This document shows, piece after piece, positions 26,959-37,833 of a DNA stretch of 64,000 nt. Positions within the stretch are counted from its first letter, which is position 1, and each line of letters begins with the position of its first letter. Made by a program: the position numbers and the translations under genes. Source of the stretch: an uncultured Eubacteriales bacterium (GTDB taxonomy: Bacteria; Acidobacteriota; Aminicenantia; Aminicenantales; Aminicenantaceae); assembly GCA_964514305.1 (NCBI GenBank), contig CAZEQD010000002.1, positions 21,346-85,345 of the forward strand, given 5' to 3'. Below the pieces are notes generated by a model. The model was not told where the DNA came from and did no database searches. It worked only from the letters and a program-made list of their open reading frames with translations.

Positions 26959-28650
26959 TTAAAATTTGATGTCTTCTACAGCCAGTGAAATTTTATCTTC
27001 ACCTAAATATCGGGAAAATTGAAGAGAATAAACCAGATCTATCCTCTCTCCTCTAAACAGAGTTTCGGCCCAGTCTCCTCTTCCCCAGGCTAAAGCTTCG
27101 AATATTCTATTTTTTTGTTTGAGCCATAGTTTAGAATGTTTTCCTTGAAGCTTTTGAGGTTGAGCTATGATTTCTGCTCCTCTAGTTAAAAAAAATGGTT
27201 TGGGATTGCCGATGCCAAAAGGAGCTAACAGCCAATATTTATCAAGGAACGAAGAGCTGAGTTCTGAGAAATTCAACTCGGCATCAATATAAATTTTTCT
27301 TTTCAAATCTTCGGCAGTCAGCCTGCTCTCAGCATAGGAATTAACAGCTTGTTTGAGAGTAAGAATTTTTTCTCTTTCTAACTCACAACCTACGGCTAAG
27401 GTGTGCCCGCCATAACTAATAAATAAATCTTTATATTCGTCCAAACAATTGATTAAAGGGAATTCTTTTATACTTCTGCCCGAGCCGTAAGCATGGCTGT
27501 CTTTATAGGCGAAAAGAAGAACGGGGCGGTGGAATTTATCTTTGAGCTTGGAGGCCACAATACCGATTATCCCCCGATGCCATTGCTCACAACCCATTAC
27601 CAGAAATCTATAACGCTGGTCAAGCTGGCGGGATTTTATTCTATTTAGAGCCTGATTATATATATTTTCTTCTATTCTTTGCCTCTTGGAATTCATAGTA
27701 TCCAAGGAGCGAGCCAACTCTTCAGCCTCCTGGAAAGATTCTGCAAAGAACAGCTTAACAGCCTGGTCTGCTTCTCCCATTCTGCCGGCGGCATTAATTC
27801 TTGGTCCTAAGCGGAAACCTACATCTCCTACTGAAATCTTTTTTCCTCTCAGCCGGCATATATCCAACAAAGAGTTTAAACCTATATTTGAAGTTCCATC
27901 TAAATTTTCAAGACCAAATTTTACAAGTAACCTGTTCTCCCCCCTTAACTCGGCTACATCAGCTATAGTAGCAATCGAGACCATCTTAAGGTAAGAAGAA
28001 AGCTGAGAAGACCTTTGATAGCCATCCAGAAGAGCCTGAATCAATTTAAAAACAACACCAACTCCGGCTAGCCTGTTATCCGGATAGCCACAATCAGGCA
28101 GAACCGGATTAAGAATGGCCAAAGCTGAAGGCAATTCAGAACCAGGCTGATGATGGTCGCTGATAATCACATCAATTCCTTTCCTCCTGGCCTGGCTAAC
28201 AAAACGGGTGGCTTTTATTCCACAATCAACACTTATCACCAACCTGGCTTGGTTCTTCTCGACAATGTCCATATATTTTTCTTTAATTCCATAGCCATCT
28301 TTGAGCCGATTGGGAATAAAATAGCTCACTTCTGCGCCTAAAGACTGCAGCGCCTTTGTTAGAATCACGATAGAAAGAATGCCATCTACATCATAATCCC
28401 CAAAAATTAATATCTTTTCTCTCCTGACAATAGCTTCTTTTACTCTTTTTACCGCCTTTCTCATATCTTTCATTTGATACGGGTTATGCAAATCGTCTAA
28501 AGAAAGGTAAAGAAAATTAGAAGCTTTCTCTGGATCAGAAATTCTCCGATTTACTAAAACTTTAGAAATAGCCAAGGGTAGTCCTAATTCGGCTGAAATT
28601 CTTTCAGCCTGTTGGCCAGAAGGGTAAATTATCCAAATTGTTTCCTGCAT
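26959..28650 (-). CDS. recJ: Single-stranded-DNA-specific exonuclease RecJ
   Basis: DHH motifs (IFGDYDVDGI, ISVDCG, ISDHH) and a DHHA1 domain (GGHTLAVG); 563 aa. Confidence 0.9.
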   Translation of the reverse strand: MQETIWIIYPSGQQAERISAELGLPLAISKVLVNRRISDPEKASNFLYLSLDDLHNPYQMKDMRKAVKRVKEAIVRREKILIFGDYDVDGILSIVILTKALQSLGAEVSYFIPNRLKDGYGIKEKYMDIVEKNQARLVISVDCGIKATRFVSQARRKGIDVIISDHHQPGSELPSALAILNPVLPDCGYPDNRLAGVGVVFKLIQALLDGYQRSSQLSSYLKMVSIATIADVAELRGENRLLVKFGLENLDGTSNIGLNSLLDICRLRGKKISVGDVGFRLGPRINAAGRMGEADQAVKLFFAESFQEAEELARSLDTMNSKRQRIEENIYNQALNRIKSRQLDQRYRFLVMGCEQWHRGIIGIVASKLKDKFHRPVLLFAYKDSHAYGSGRSIKEFPLINCLDEYKDLFISYGGHTLAVGCELEREKILTLKQAVNSYAESRLTAEDLKRKIYIDAELNFSELSSSFLDKYWLLAPFGIGNPKPFFLTRGAEIIAQPQKLQGKHSKLWLKQKNRIFEALAWGRGDWAETLFRGERIDLVYSLQFSRYLGEDKISLAVEDIKF

Positions 28651-28911
28651 TTAGGTCTAAATTTAACATAACTCTTTCCATTCCACAACTACGAAACTCA
28701 GTCTCTGGCCATGTATTTTTTCCTTTAGTTTTTTAACGGTCTTTTGAGGACAGCAGACCCTACATTTATTTTTCACCTTTTTTGCCTATTTGTCCTGCAG
28801 CCCGTTAAGGACAATGGGCCCTACATTACTCCTCACTCCTCACTGGCATGTATTAAGGAGTTGGCGGGCTGGATTGACTTTAAAAAATGTGAAAAATATA
28901 ATGGAAAGACG

Positions 28912-29808
28912 ATGATTGGCGATCTTAAAGAAAAACTTTCACGAACAAACCGCAATTTCAAAGAAAAATTTAGCCAATGGCTATCTACTGATAAAAGCAG
29001 GGGAGAAATTCTTGATGAACTATTTGAAATTTTAATTTTGGCCGATGTGGGGATAGCCACTACTGAAAAAATAATCAAATCCATTAAAGAAAAAAGCAAG
29101 AAAAATGATTCTTTCTCTACAATTAAAAGCCTCTTAGAAGAAGAGCTCTCAAGTATGCTCAAATCATTTCCTTCTGAATTAAATCTAAATTTCTCCTCTT
29201 CTGTGGTGATGTTTGTCGGTGTCAACGGAGGCGGCAAAACAACCTCTTTGGCTAAAGTGGCCTACCATTTTAAAAATCAGGGAAAAAAGGTTTTGATGGT
29301 AGCTGCTGATACTTTCCGGGCCGCAGCCCAAGAACAACTCACTATATGGGGGAAAAAATTAAATATCCCCCTTATAAAAGGGCAATATGGGGCCGATCCT
29401 GCCTCCATTGTCTATGATGCCCTTCAATCTTTTCGGGCTCATTCTTACCATCTTCTCCTTATTGATACCGCCGGCAGAATTCATACTAATGTCAATCTCA
29501 TGAGTGAACTGGAAAAAATAAAAAGAGTAATATCTAGAGAAATTGAAGGAGCTCCCCAAGAAATCCTTTTAGTTCTGGATGCCAGTATTGGCCAAAATGC
29601 CCTGATCCAGGCTAAAGAGTTTCTCAAGTTCTCGGGGATAACTGGGATTTTCCTTTCCAAATTGGATGGAACAGCCAAAGGCGGGAGCGTGTTAAGTATT
29701 GTTGATGAATTAAAACTCCCCATAAAGCTGATAGGCATTGGGGAAAGTGAACAAGATATGCTCTCTTTCTCAGCTGAAGATTACATCAAGGCTTTGCTGG
29801 CAGAATGA
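28912..29808 (+). CDS. ftsY: Signal recognition particle receptor FtsY (short NG-domain form)
   Basis: N domain plus G domain with VMFVGVNGGGKTTSLAKVA, DTAGR, LSKLDGTAKGG. ORF track opens at 28744, but the first plausible start is ATG 28912 (MIGDLKEK). Confidence 0.85.
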   Translation: MIGDLKEKLSRTNRNFKEKFSQWLSTDKSRGEILDELFEILILADVGIATTEKIIKSIKEKSKKNDSFSTIKSLLEEELSSMLKSFPSELNLNFSSSVVMFVGVNGGGKTTSLAKVAYHFKNQGKKVLMVAADTFRAAAQEQLTIWGKKLNIPLIKGQYGADPASIVYDALQSFRAHSYHLLLIDTAGRIHTNVNLMSELEKIKRVISREIEGAPQEILLVLDASIGQNALIQAKEFLKFSGITGIFLSKLDGTAKGGSVLSIVDELKLPIKLIGIGESEQDMLSFSAEDYIKALLAE

Positions 29809-30905
29809 TTGAACTTAAAGATAGATCATATATGGAAATGGCCTATGCTTTGGCTACTAAGGCCAAAGGCTGGGCCAGTCCTAATCCATATGTGGGAGCT
29901 GTGATCGTTAAAAAAGGGGTAGTTGTTGGTTATGGCTACCATGAAAAGCCCGGAAAACCTCATGCCGAAGCCCTTGCGTTCCAGAGAGCCGGCTCCCAGG
30001 CGCATAACAGCACTGCCTATCTGACCCTTGAACCTTGCGTTCATTGGGGCAGAACCCCTCCCTGTGTGGATACCATTCTCAAAGCTAAACCAAAAAAAGT
30101 TTTTATTTCTGCTCTTGACCCTAACCCGTTGGTTCATAAAAAAGGAGTAAAAAAATTAAAGCAAGCAGGCATTGAAGTATCTTTAGGGCTTCTTCAAGAA
30201 AAAAACGAACGCCTTAATGAAATATACATAAAATATATTACTAAAGGCATTCCCTTTGTGGCCGCCAAAACGGCTGTTAGTTTAGACGGCAAAATAGCCA
30301 CTAAAAAATATTCATCACAATGGATCTCTTCAACTAAAACTAGAGAATATATTCATTTTTTAAGAGGAGAGTTTGATGCTTTATTGATTGGTATAAATAC
30401 CCTTCTTAAAGATGACCCACTTCTGACAATTCGCCATCCTTTCTGGAAACAGAAAAAACTAACGCGAGTAATAGTTGATTCTCACCTCCGTTTTCCCCTC
30501 AAAGCTAAGATCATATCTACTCTTTCCCAGGGAAAAATAATAATTTTCACCCTTCCCCAAGCCTCTGCCCATAAAGCCGAAGCCTTACGCCACCAAGGGA
30601 TAGAAGTTATTCCCTTGAAGTCAGCCACGCCTCAAGTTGATTTAAAAAAAGTTCTCCGCTGGTTGGGTAGCCACCAGGTCTCAAGCCTTCTGGTAGAAGG
30701 AGGCAGCCACATTTTAACCTCTTTCTTAGAAAAAAGGTTGGTTGATAAAATTATTATTACTATCTCGCCTAAATTAATCGGCGGCCAAAATGCTCCTTCC
30801 CTCCTGGCAGGAAAAGGAGTAAACTATATAAAAAATTCATTGAAACTAAAAGATACAGATGTTTTTCAGATAGATGAAGACGTAATTGTCAAAGGATACT
30901 TTTAA
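29805..30905 (+). CDS. ribD: Bifunctional riboflavin biosynthesis deaminase/reductase RibD
   Basis: Cytidine-deaminase zinc motif HAEALAFQRAG...TLEPCVHWGRTPPC plus a C-terminal reductase domain; overlaps the ftsY stop. Confidence 0.9.
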   Translation: MIELKDRSYMEMAYALATKAKGWASPNPYVGAVIVKKGVVVGYGYHEKPGKPHAEALAFQRAGSQAHNSTAYLTLEPCVHWGRTPPCVDTILKAKPKKVFISALDPNPLVHKKGVKKLKQAGIEVSLGLLQEKNERLNEIYIKYITKGIPFVAAKTAVSLDGKIATKKYSSQWISSTKTREYIHFLRGEFDALLIGINTLLKDDPLLTIRHPFWKQKKLTRVIVDSHLRFPLKAKIISTLSQGKIIIFTLPQASAHKAEALRHQGIEVIPLKSATPQVDLKKVLRWLGSHQVSSLLVEGGSHILTSFLEKRLVDKIIITISPKLIGGQNAPSLLAGKGVNYIKNSLKLKDTDVFQIDEDVIVKGYF

Positions 30906-31504
30906 TGTTTACAGGTATTATCAGCCATTCTGGGCTCTTCAAGGGCTGGCGTCGAGGAAAAAAGGAAATAATAATCGAGGCCCCCTCTCTTTCTTCAAAA
31001 TTGGATATAGGAGAAAGCCTGGCTGTTAACGGTGTTTGTCTGAGTTTAGTAAAAAAACAGAAAAATCTTCTCTTTTTTAGTATAGCAGAAGAAACCTTGA
31101 CCAAAACTAACCTAAGCCGTTTACTGCCGGGGGAAATCCTCAATCTTGAACTGCCCCTCACTCTTAACTCTCCTCTTGGGGGACACCTGGTGACTGGTCA
31201 CGTCGATGGCCAAGGTAAAGTTGAACAAATAATCAGCAAAAATAGGAGCAAGCGTTTGACCCTTTCTTTTCCGCCAGAACTCAAAGCTTATTTTATTCCC
31301 AAAGGCTCAGTAGCCGTCAATGGGGTTAGCTTAACTATAGCCTCTATTAGTGCTTCTTCTTTTCAAGTGGAACTTATTCCAATCACCCTAAAAAACACCA
31401 ATTTAGGCGGCTTAAAGCGAGGCGATGAGGTTAACCTGGAATGTGACATAATTGGCAAATATGTGTATAATTGGATAAGAGAAATAAAGAATATAAAAGC
31501 TTGA
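30905..31504 (+). CDS. ribE: Riboflavin synthase alpha chain
   Basis: [10 protein letters not shown] start and duplicated lumazine-binding half-sites (VNGVCLSL / VNGVSLTI). Confidence 0.9.
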   Translation: MFTGIISHSGLFKGWRRGKKEIIIEAPSLSSKLDIGESLAVNGVCLSLVKKQKNLLFFSIAEETLTKTNLSRLLPGEILNLELPLTLNSPLGGHLVTGHVDGQGKVEQIISKNRSKRLTLSFPPELKAYFIPKGSVAVNGVSLTIASISASSFQVELIPITLKNTNLGGLKRGDEVNLECDIIGKYVYNWIREIKNIKA

Positions 31505-31514
31505 GGCTCTAAAG

Positions 31515-32732
31515 ATGAATAGCAAAAAAGGAACAGTTTCAGTCGAAAAAGCTATCGAGGCCGTAAAGGCTGGCAGGATGATAATTATTGTCGATGATGA
31601 GGACCGAGAAAATGAAGGCGACCTGATGGTGGCCGCTGAAAAAGTAACTCCACCTATGATAAATTTTATGAGTAAGCACGGCCGAGGGCTAATCTGTCTG
31701 CCTTTAACCAAAGAAAGGCTCAAAGAGCTGGATATCCCTTTAATGGTTAAGGAAAATACGGCTCGCTTTGAAACCGCTTTTACGGTATCTATCGACGCTA
31801 AAGAAGGAGTGACCACCGGCATTTCTGCTTATGACAGAGCTCAAACAATTAAAATTGCTGTCGACCCTCAAACTAAGCCTTCTGATTTAGCCCGACCTGG
31901 CCACATTTTCCCCTTACAGGCTAGAGATGGAGGTGTCCTGGAAAGAGCTGGCCAAACAGAAGCGGCCGTGGATATGGCTCGCCTGGCCGGCTTAAAACCT
32001 GCGGGTGTCATCTGTGAGATTATGAATGAGGATGGTTCCATGGCCCGGCTGCCTCAATTGGAAAAATTCAGCCAAACCTATGACATTCCTATTTTAACCA
32101 TCGCTGATCTTATTAGATACCGAATGAAACATGAGCGCCTGGTCAAGAAGATTGAAGAAGCGGATTTACCTACCCATTTTGGCCATTTTAAGATTCTGCT
32201 TTTTGAAGACATTATCCATAAAGAATGCCATTTAGCCCTGGTTAAAGGCGAAATCAAAAAAAACGAGCCTGTTCTTGTTCGTGCCCATTCCCAGTGTTTA
32301 ACCGGTGATACCTTCGCTTCTGCCCGCTGTGATTGTGGGGCTCAGCTTCATCAAGCCATGAAAATGATTAACAAGGAAGGAAAAGGAATAATTCTCTATA
32401 TGCTCAATCAAGAAGGAAGAGGAATTGGTTTGGTCAACAAGATTAAAGCTTACGCTCTCCAGGATAAAGGAATGGATACAGTCGAAGCCAATTGTAAATT
32501 GGGATTTAAGCCTGATCACAGAGATTACGGCATCGGAGCTCAAATCTTAGCTTCCTTGGGAGCAACTAAACTCCGCTTGATTACCAATAATCCTCGGAAA
32601 TTCATTGGCCTTGCTGGTTACGGTCTGGAAATTGTGGAGAGAGTGGCTATTGAAATTCCTCCTAATAGTAATAATTTTAAATATTTAAAAACTAAAAAAG
32701 AAAAAATGGGGCATATTTTAGAGATGGTTTAA
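31515..32732 (+). CDS. ribBA: Bifunctional 3,4-dihydroxy-2-butanone-4-phosphate synthase / GTP cyclohydrolase II
   Basis: DHBP synthase motif [16 protein letters not shown] and GTP cyclohydrolase II zinc motif [15 protein letters not shown]; 405 aa. Confidence 0.9.
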   Translation: MNSKKGTVSVEKAIEAVKAGRMIIIVDDEDRENEGDLMVAAEKVTPPMINFMSKHGRGLICLPLTKERLKELDIPLMVKENTARFETAFTVSIDAKEGVTTGISAYDRAQTIKIAVDPQTKPSDLARPGHIFPLQARDGGVLERAGQTEAAVDMARLAGLKPAGVICEIMNEDGSMARLPQLEKFSQTYDIPILTIADLIRYRMKHERLVKKIEEADLPTHFGHFKILLFEDIIHKECHLALVKGEIKKNEPVLVRAHSQCLTGDTFASARCDCGAQLHQAMKMINKEGKGIILYMLNQEGRGIGLVNKIKAYALQDKGMDTVEANCKLGFKPDHRDYGIGAQILASLGATKLRLITNNPRKFIGLAGYGLEIVERVAIEIPPNSNNFKYLKTKKEKMGHILEMV

Positions 32733-32764
32733 ATCTCTATAAAGCCTCAAGGAATTGTTCAGAA

Positions 32765-33526
32765 GTGGGGGAGAAATTAAAATCGCTATCCGCCAGCCAA
32801 AAAATAAAATTATTTGAACAACAATTAAAGAACCTTCAAGAGGGAGAGAAAAGAACATTCTTGTTGCAAACGATTGAGGATAAAGAACTCCCTTCCTCAG
32901 TCCAGGCAGCCGCCCTTAAAGCCCTGAGCCAGTCTTCGTTTCAAGCAGAAGCTGTTCTAAAAAAATATGTCAGCTACAATTCTCGAATTATAGCCAGAGC
33001 CGCCAAAAAAGCTTTAAAAGAAATAAAACAACGACAGAATAAAGATAAAAGACTGTCCACCTTAGTTTTAAGAAAAATAAAATCTACTAAAGAGAAACAA
33101 AAAAGACTGAAGATAATTAAGTCCATTGCTGGGGTAGATGGAGCCTGGGTAAATGAAGTTTTACTGGCAGCCCTTGAAGATCCATCAGAAGAGATTAGAA
33201 ATTTCATTATTAGGGAATTAGCTCAAAGAGAAGATCTTAAATTGGACAGCCTTTACCAAAAGCTGCTTCATCCTCCATGGTATGCTAAAAGTGCTGTCCT
33301 AAAAATCTTATCCTATAAAAAAGATCCTCTCACCTTAGGCTTAATTGAAACCGTTATCGATGATCCAAATGTGGATGTCAGAATAAGCGCAGCTCAGGCC
33401 TTAGGAAAAATTGGAGGGGAAGAAGCCCTTCTTCTGCTTAACAAATTAGCTCAAGACAAAAATCGATTCGTCAGAAAATCAGCCGAGAAAGGCATAAACA
33501 AAGCCAGCCGCCTAAAATTCAGCTGA
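32765..33526 (+). CDS. HEAT-repeat (PBS-lyase-like) protein
   Basis: Repeated VRxxAAxALGxIG-type HEAT units (VDVRISAAQALGKIGGEEA, RFVRKSAEKGI). Confidence 0.55.
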   Translation: MGEKLKSLSASQKIKLFEQQLKNLQEGEKRTFLLQTIEDKELPSSVQAAALKALSQSSFQAEAVLKKYVSYNSRIIARAAKKALKEIKQRQNKDKRLSTLVLRKIKSTKEKQKRLKIIKSIAGVDGAWVNEVLLAALEDPSEEIRNFIIRELAQREDLKLDSLYQKLLHPPWYAKSAVLKILSYKKDPLTLGLIETVIDDPNVDVRISAAQALGKIGGEEALLLLNKLAQDKNRFVRKSAEKGINKASRLKFS

Positions 33527-33546
33527 GCATAAAGGGGGAGTGTCCC

Positions 33547-34002
33547 CTAAAATTGGGATTGTCCCCCTTTATCCAGGATAAAAGTTACCGGGCCATCATT
33601 AATTAAACTGACTTCCATCAGGGCCCCAAAAATCCCTGTTTCAATCTTTATCCCTCGCTCTCTAATTAGCTTAACGAAGTAATTGAAAAGGGCCTCGGCC
33701 CTGGCAGGTTCTTCGGCTCGATCAAAGCTTGGCCGGCGCCCCTTGCGCAAAGAACCGGCTAGAGTAAACTGGGAGACAGCTAGGATTTCTCCTTCAATTT
33801 CAAGAAGGGAAAGGTTCATCTTTCCTTCTTTATCCGCAAATACCCTCAATTCTACAATTTTTTTGGCTAAATACTTAGCCTCTTCTTGAGAATCCCCTTT
33901 CTCAATCCCTACCAAAAGACAGAGCCCAGCTCCTATTTTCCCGACCACCTTCCCTTTAACTTTGACTGAAGCTTGTTTAACTCTTTGTAAAACAATTTTC
34001 AT
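33547..34002 (-). CDS. dtd: D-aminoacyl-tRNA deacylase
   Basis: [15 protein letters not shown]...[14 protein letters not shown]...VSQFTL; 151 aa, typical Dtd. Confidence 0.9.
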   Translation of the reverse strand: MKIVLQRVKQASVKVKGKVVGKIGAGLCLLVGIEKGDSQEEAKYLAKKIVELRVFADKEGKMNLSLLEIEGEILAVSQFTLAGSLRKGRRPSFDRAEEPARAEALFNYFVKLIRERGIKIETGIFGALMEVSLINDGPVTFILDKGGQSQF

Positions 34003-34012
34003 CAGATTTTCC

Positions 34013-35587
34013 TCAAGAATTAATCTTTGGACGGGAGAAAAGGTCTTTTAAACTCCTTACATCCTCATGATTAAAAAGCAAGTTTAAAACAAAATAAGCG
34101 ATTATTCCTATTAGAATGGCTGCCAGTAAAATTCCTACTTGGCGGATAAAAACCAAGCGAGCAAAGTCAAAATTTCGAATGAAAAACCAGACGGCCACCC
34201 CCATTCCCAAACCACCAATAGCAGACTTCAAGGCAGATTTAAAAATTTCTTTTTTGTCCAGAGGCCCAATTTTTCTCTCCAGTAAATAAAAAAGAAAGAA
34301 AAAATTGATGACTGAAGCTATAGACAAGGCTAAAGCTATGCCCCCCACCCTTAAAGGAACCATGAGGATTAAAGAGAGGATGATGTAGCTAATCATAACA
34401 AAGAAGGCAACGATAACAGGAGTTTTTGTATCCTTAAGCGAATAAAAAGCAGGGGCTAAAATCTTTACTCCAGAGATAACTGGTAAACCGAAGGCAAAGA
34501 AGAAAAGACAAGAGGAACTCATAGCCGTTGATTGGGCATTAAACACTCCCCGTTGAAATAAAACTTGAATGATAGGCTTATTCAAAATCAAAAGACCAAC
34601 CATTGCTGGGAAAGTTATGAAAAAGACAAGCCTAAAAGAAAAAACAAGTGTTTTTTTCATCTGAACATAATCTTGCTCAGCCGCCAAATCGGAAAGAGTT
34701 GGCAGCAGAGCGATAGAAAGGGCAATGGAAAAAAGACCCAAAGTTAGCTCCTGGACCCGGGAAGCAAAGTAAAGAGAAGCCACACTGCCCTCTTCTAGTA
34801 AAGAGGCTATCATCCGGCTGATGGCAAAATTTACCTGATAAATGCCAAAACCAAAAATGCCTGGAGCCATCAATTTGCCCACTTTGCGCACAGCCGGATG
34901 AGTAAAAGAAAGGCCGAATTTAAAACGCATCCCTTGTTTCCACAGCCAGGGTAGCTGAAAAGCTAGCTGTAATACTCCACCCAGAACAACTCCTCCAGCA
35001 AAAACAAAAGCTGGTTCTTTGGCTCGGGGAGCAAATAAAAGAGCAACGCCTATGATGGACAGATTAAATAAAACAGGAGTAAAAGCCGGCACAAAAAATT
35101 TATGAAAGGAATTAAGAATGGCCATAGCCAGAGCGGCTAGGCTGATTAAGAAAATATAAGGGAACATCAACCGAGTCAGAGCTGTAGTCAATTCCCATTT
35201 GCCCTGAATATTTTTAAAACCAAAAGCAATAATCCTGACCAACAAAGGAGACAAAACAACCCCCAACACAGTCAGCAGAGCCATAATCAGAGTTAGGTCA
35301 AAAAAGAAAGCGTTGGCAAATCTCCAGAGTTCAGCTTTTGATTTATCTTTTTTCACTTGGGTAAAGACAGGAACAAAGGCTGCGGTCATAGCTCCTTCGC
35401 CCGTCAATCTTCGCAGGAGATTAGGAATTACATAAGCTATGGTAAAAGCATCACCACTTCTACTTGTCCCCAGATAAAATGCCTGGATCACATCTCTTAA
35501 AAAACCAAAAATCCTGCTAAGGAGGGTGGGAGAAGCCACAGCCAAGGTTGACCGGACTAATTTTCTGTTTTTTTCCTGGTCAGTCAT
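34013..35587 (-). CDS. murJ: Lipid II flippase MurJ (MviN family)
   Basis: ~14-TM protein of 524 aa with MurJ-like N-terminus [27 protein letters not shown]. Confidence 0.85.
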   Translation of the reverse strand: MTDQEKNRKLVRSTLAVASPTLLSRIFGFLRDVIQAFYLGTSRSGDAFTIAYVIPNLLRRLTGEGAMTAAFVPVFTQVKKDKSKAELWRFANAFFFDLTLIMALLTVLGVVLSPLLVRIIAFGFKNIQGKWELTTALTRLMFPYIFLISLAALAMAILNSFHKFFVPAFTPVLFNLSIIGVALLFAPRAKEPAFVFAGGVVLGGVLQLAFQLPWLWKQGMRFKFGLSFTHPAVRKVGKLMAPGIFGFGIYQVNFAISRMIASLLEEGSVASLYFASRVQELTLGLFSIALSIALLPTLSDLAAEQDYVQMKKTLVFSFRLVFFITFPAMVGLLILNKPIIQVLFQRGVFNAQSTAMSSSCLFFFAFGLPVISGVKILAPAFYSLKDTKTPVIVAFFVMISYIILSLILMVPLRVGGIALALSIASVINFFFLFYLLERKIGPLDKKEIFKSALKSAIGGLGMGVAVWFFIRNFDFARLVFIRQVGILLAAILIGIIAYFVLNLLFNHEDVRSLKDLFSRPKINS

Positions 35588-35710
35588 TTGCCTATCACCG
35601 GGATCAGGCTTTGTTATTGATATTTTAAATAGTCTATCTTATTGCTTCAGACTTTCTATTACGACCAAATCTGATCCCAAATCTACACTCTATATAAATA
35701 CACTATACAA

Positions 35711-35886
35711 GGAAGCCTTCCAAAACCGGGTTAGATAATAATGAAGTTGTATCCAAAAGCAGCGATTTTCTTCCATCTGAAGTCCATAGCGGTGAGTGGC
35801 AGGATGTTGGCGAAGATGGGGGAAATTGCGACCACATATCATTTCTTAGTGAAACCTTCTAATCATCCCGGATATGGAAATGCTTG
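35711..35886 (+). repeat. Copy C of the dispersed ~175-bp structured repeat
   Basis: ggaagccttccaaaaccgggttagataataatgaag...gcagcgattttcttccatctgaagtccatagcggtgagtgg...ggaaattgcgacc...catcccggatatggaaatgcttgc. It sits upstream of rpsT. Confidence 0.7.
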
Positions 35887-35904
35887 CTCCTATATAAATA
35901 TAAG

Positions 35905-35933
35905 TTGACTTTAATCGCAGTTTTCCTTATCAT
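35905..35933 (+). promoter_or_regulatory. Putative sigma-70 promoter of rpsT (TTGACT-N17-TATCAT)
   Basis: ttgactttaatcgcagttttccttatcat lies ~25 bp upstream of the rpsT start. Confidence 0.35.
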
Positions 35934-35956
35934 ACCATTCCCATAGAGGTAATAAC

Positions 35957-36241
35957 ATGGCTCATCATAAATCAGCCAAAAAACAACTCAGATATTCTCT
36001 CCGCCGCAGAGCTATCAATAAAAGAAATAAATCCCTGCTTCGAACCCAAATTAAAAATCTAAAAAAAGCTATCGCCAACAAAGATAAAGAAGAAGCTATG
36101 AAATTGCTTCCCCTTACTTTTTCTCTGATAGATAGGTCTGTCAAAAAAGGAACTATCCACGAAAACACTGGCCGCAGGTATAAATCAAGATTAAGTCGAC
36201 AAGTGGAAATGATTAACCTCTCTCCTTCCAAGCAAGGGTGA
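35957..36241 (+). CDS. rpsT: 30S ribosomal protein S20
   Basis: MAHHKSAKKQLRYSLRRRAINK...; 94 aa, highly basic, typical S20. Confidence 0.9.
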   Translation: MAHHKSAKKQLRYSLRRRAINKRNKSLLRTQIKNLKKAIANKDKEEAMKLLPLTFSLIDRSVKKGTIHENTGRRYKSRLSRQVEMINLSPSKQG

Positions 36242-37298
36242 CTCGGGCTAAATGATCACAATAATTATATAAAAAACCCTCCAGAAGGACCTGAGCCGAA
36301 GCATCTGAACTCTTGATTTTCCAATCAATCTGGCTTAGTTCATTTAAAAAAAAATTCAAATCTTTTAGTGATAGTTTATCCACTAAAGAGAAAAACAAAC
36401 GGTACTTATCTCTATAAAATTGGCCAAATCTTTCTTGAATATTGGGCTTGATTTCTTTAAAAATGCCTTTTCTATCTTTCTGCCTATCCCTCAACCAGAG
36501 TTTGGCCAAAAGAAGATCTCTAAAAAAGCGGGATATTATACCCACCAGTAATTCTGGCTTGGTTCCTTCTTTAAACAAATTATTCAAAATCAGAAGACCC
36601 TTGTTGAAATCGCCTTTTTCTAGGCTATCAGCTATTTCCCATTCGACAAATGATTTTACCCAGCCAGCTACCTGGTTGACATCATCCAGCTCAATTATTT
36701 TTTTATCACCAACAAAGTTGACCAGTTTTTCCAGTTCATTACTTATTCTTCTTAAGTCATTGCCCACTAATTCTTCTAATCTTGTTTTGGCCTCAGATGT
36801 AGCCGCTTTTCCTTTTAAAGAAAGTTCTCTATCAATCCAAGCCGAAAGAGAGCTTTTTTTTAAGGGTTTCAACTCTTTAAGAAAAACCTGAGACGGAGGA
36901 AAAGAGGAAAAGAACTGGAAAAGGGTAGACCCTTTCTTCATCTTGCCTGGATAAATAATTATCATCACTGTATGGCTGGAAGGAGAGGCCAGATAGTCTT
37001 TTAAAATACTTTTTTCTGTAGAAGAAAGAGCCCCTTTTCTACCGCCAGCCAGCTTCACTACAATTATCCTCCAGGTTGAGAAAAAAAAGGAGGGGGTTCG
37101 AGCTACATCGATAATTTCCATCCAGGAGTTATCTTCGAGATTAAATCTCTCTACATTGTAATTTTCAGCCTCAGCCGAAATTAAGGATTCCTTTAATTCC
37201 TGAACAAACTGATAAGCTAAAAAAGTCTCTTGGCCGTAAAAAAAATAACAGGGTAATATATTTCCCTTCTTAATTTCTCTGGAAAGAAAATTTGTCAA
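36213..37298 (-). CDS. holA: DNA polymerase III delta subunit
   Basis: Start ...ILPCYFFYGQETFLAYQFVQELKE is HolA-like. ~360 aa. Conserved leuS-lptE-holA synteny. Confidence 0.8.
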   Translation of the reverse strand: MTNFLSREIKKGNILPCYFFYGQETFLAYQFVQELKESLISAEAENYNVERFNLEDNSWMEIIDVARTPSFFFSTWRIIVVKLAGGRKGALSSTEKSILKDYLASPSSHTVMIIIYPGKMKKGSTLFQFFSSFPPSQVFLKELKPLKKSSLSAWIDRELSLKGKAATSEAKTRLEELVGNDLRRISNELEKLVNFVGDKKIIELDDVNQVAGWVKSFVEWEIADSLEKGDFNKGLLILNNLFKEGTKPELLVGIISRFFRDLLLAKLWLRDRQKDRKGIFKEIKPNIQERFGQFYRDKYRLFFSLVDKLSLKDLNFFLNELSQIDWKIKSSDASAQVLLEGFLYNYCDHLARVTLAWKERG

Positions 37299-37302
37299 GC
37301 TT

Positions 37303-37833
37303 TTAGAATCCTTCTAAAATAGTTATAACTAAACTACGAGCAAACTTCTCGGCTACTTTATCAATAGCCTCTGTTTCGACTGTCTCAAAATCAGTCCCCT
37401 CAGGAACTTCATACTCTTCCTGATAAACAAAATAGGGGTTGGAAAATATGGTCTTTCGATTAACTAAATCCCTGAGGTTTATTTTAGCCGCAATAGTAAT
37501 TTTATAGCGATCTGCTGTTCCTTCTCTGGTAAAAGCAATGGGAGAAGCATTAAAAGAAACTATTTCACCGCTTAAAACAGCATCAGCGCTTTGAACATCT
37601 CCTGTAATTTCAACTTTCCCTCGAGCCACCAGCTCATCTATAACTTTTTGAGTTAATTTAACATCTAATTCAAAGCGGGTCGTTCGGTTCTTGAACATTG
37701 GTACATTAATCTTTTTGATATGAACAGGTAGAGAACTGCCCATTCCCCTTAAATGATATCCACAATTTATGGCTAAAAGACAGACTATTGTCAACCAGAT
37801 ATATTTTTTCATTAGATTTAATTTAAATAACAA
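37303..37833 (-). CDS. lptE: LPS-assembly lipoprotein LptE
   Basis: Lipoprotein signal with lipobox (LLAINCG); 176 aa; located between leuS and holA as in E. coli. Confidence 0.7.
   Translation of the reverse strand: MLFKLNLMKKYIWLTIVCLLAINCGYHLRGMGSSLPVHIKKINVPMFKNRTTRFELDVKLTQKVIDELVARGKVEITGDVQSADAVLSGEIVSFNASPIAFTREGTADRYKITIAAKINLRDLVNRKTIFSNPYFVYQEEYEVPEGTDFETVETEAIDKVAEKFARSLVITILEGF

Noticed and set aside
29700-29810. FMN riboswitch upstream of ribD
   Set aside because: ribD starts inside the end of ftsY, so there is no intergenic leader. I saw no RFN-like conserved stems.
36442-36891. 149-aa ORF on the + strand antisense to holA, and other >60-aa antisense ORFs (for example 28833-29237, 29826-30137, 31412-31822, 8303-8632)
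   Set aside because: Each is fully embedded opposite a well-supported conserved gene, has low-complexity Ser/Leu-rich composition and no recognisable motif. They are typical shadow ORFs in AT-rich DNA.
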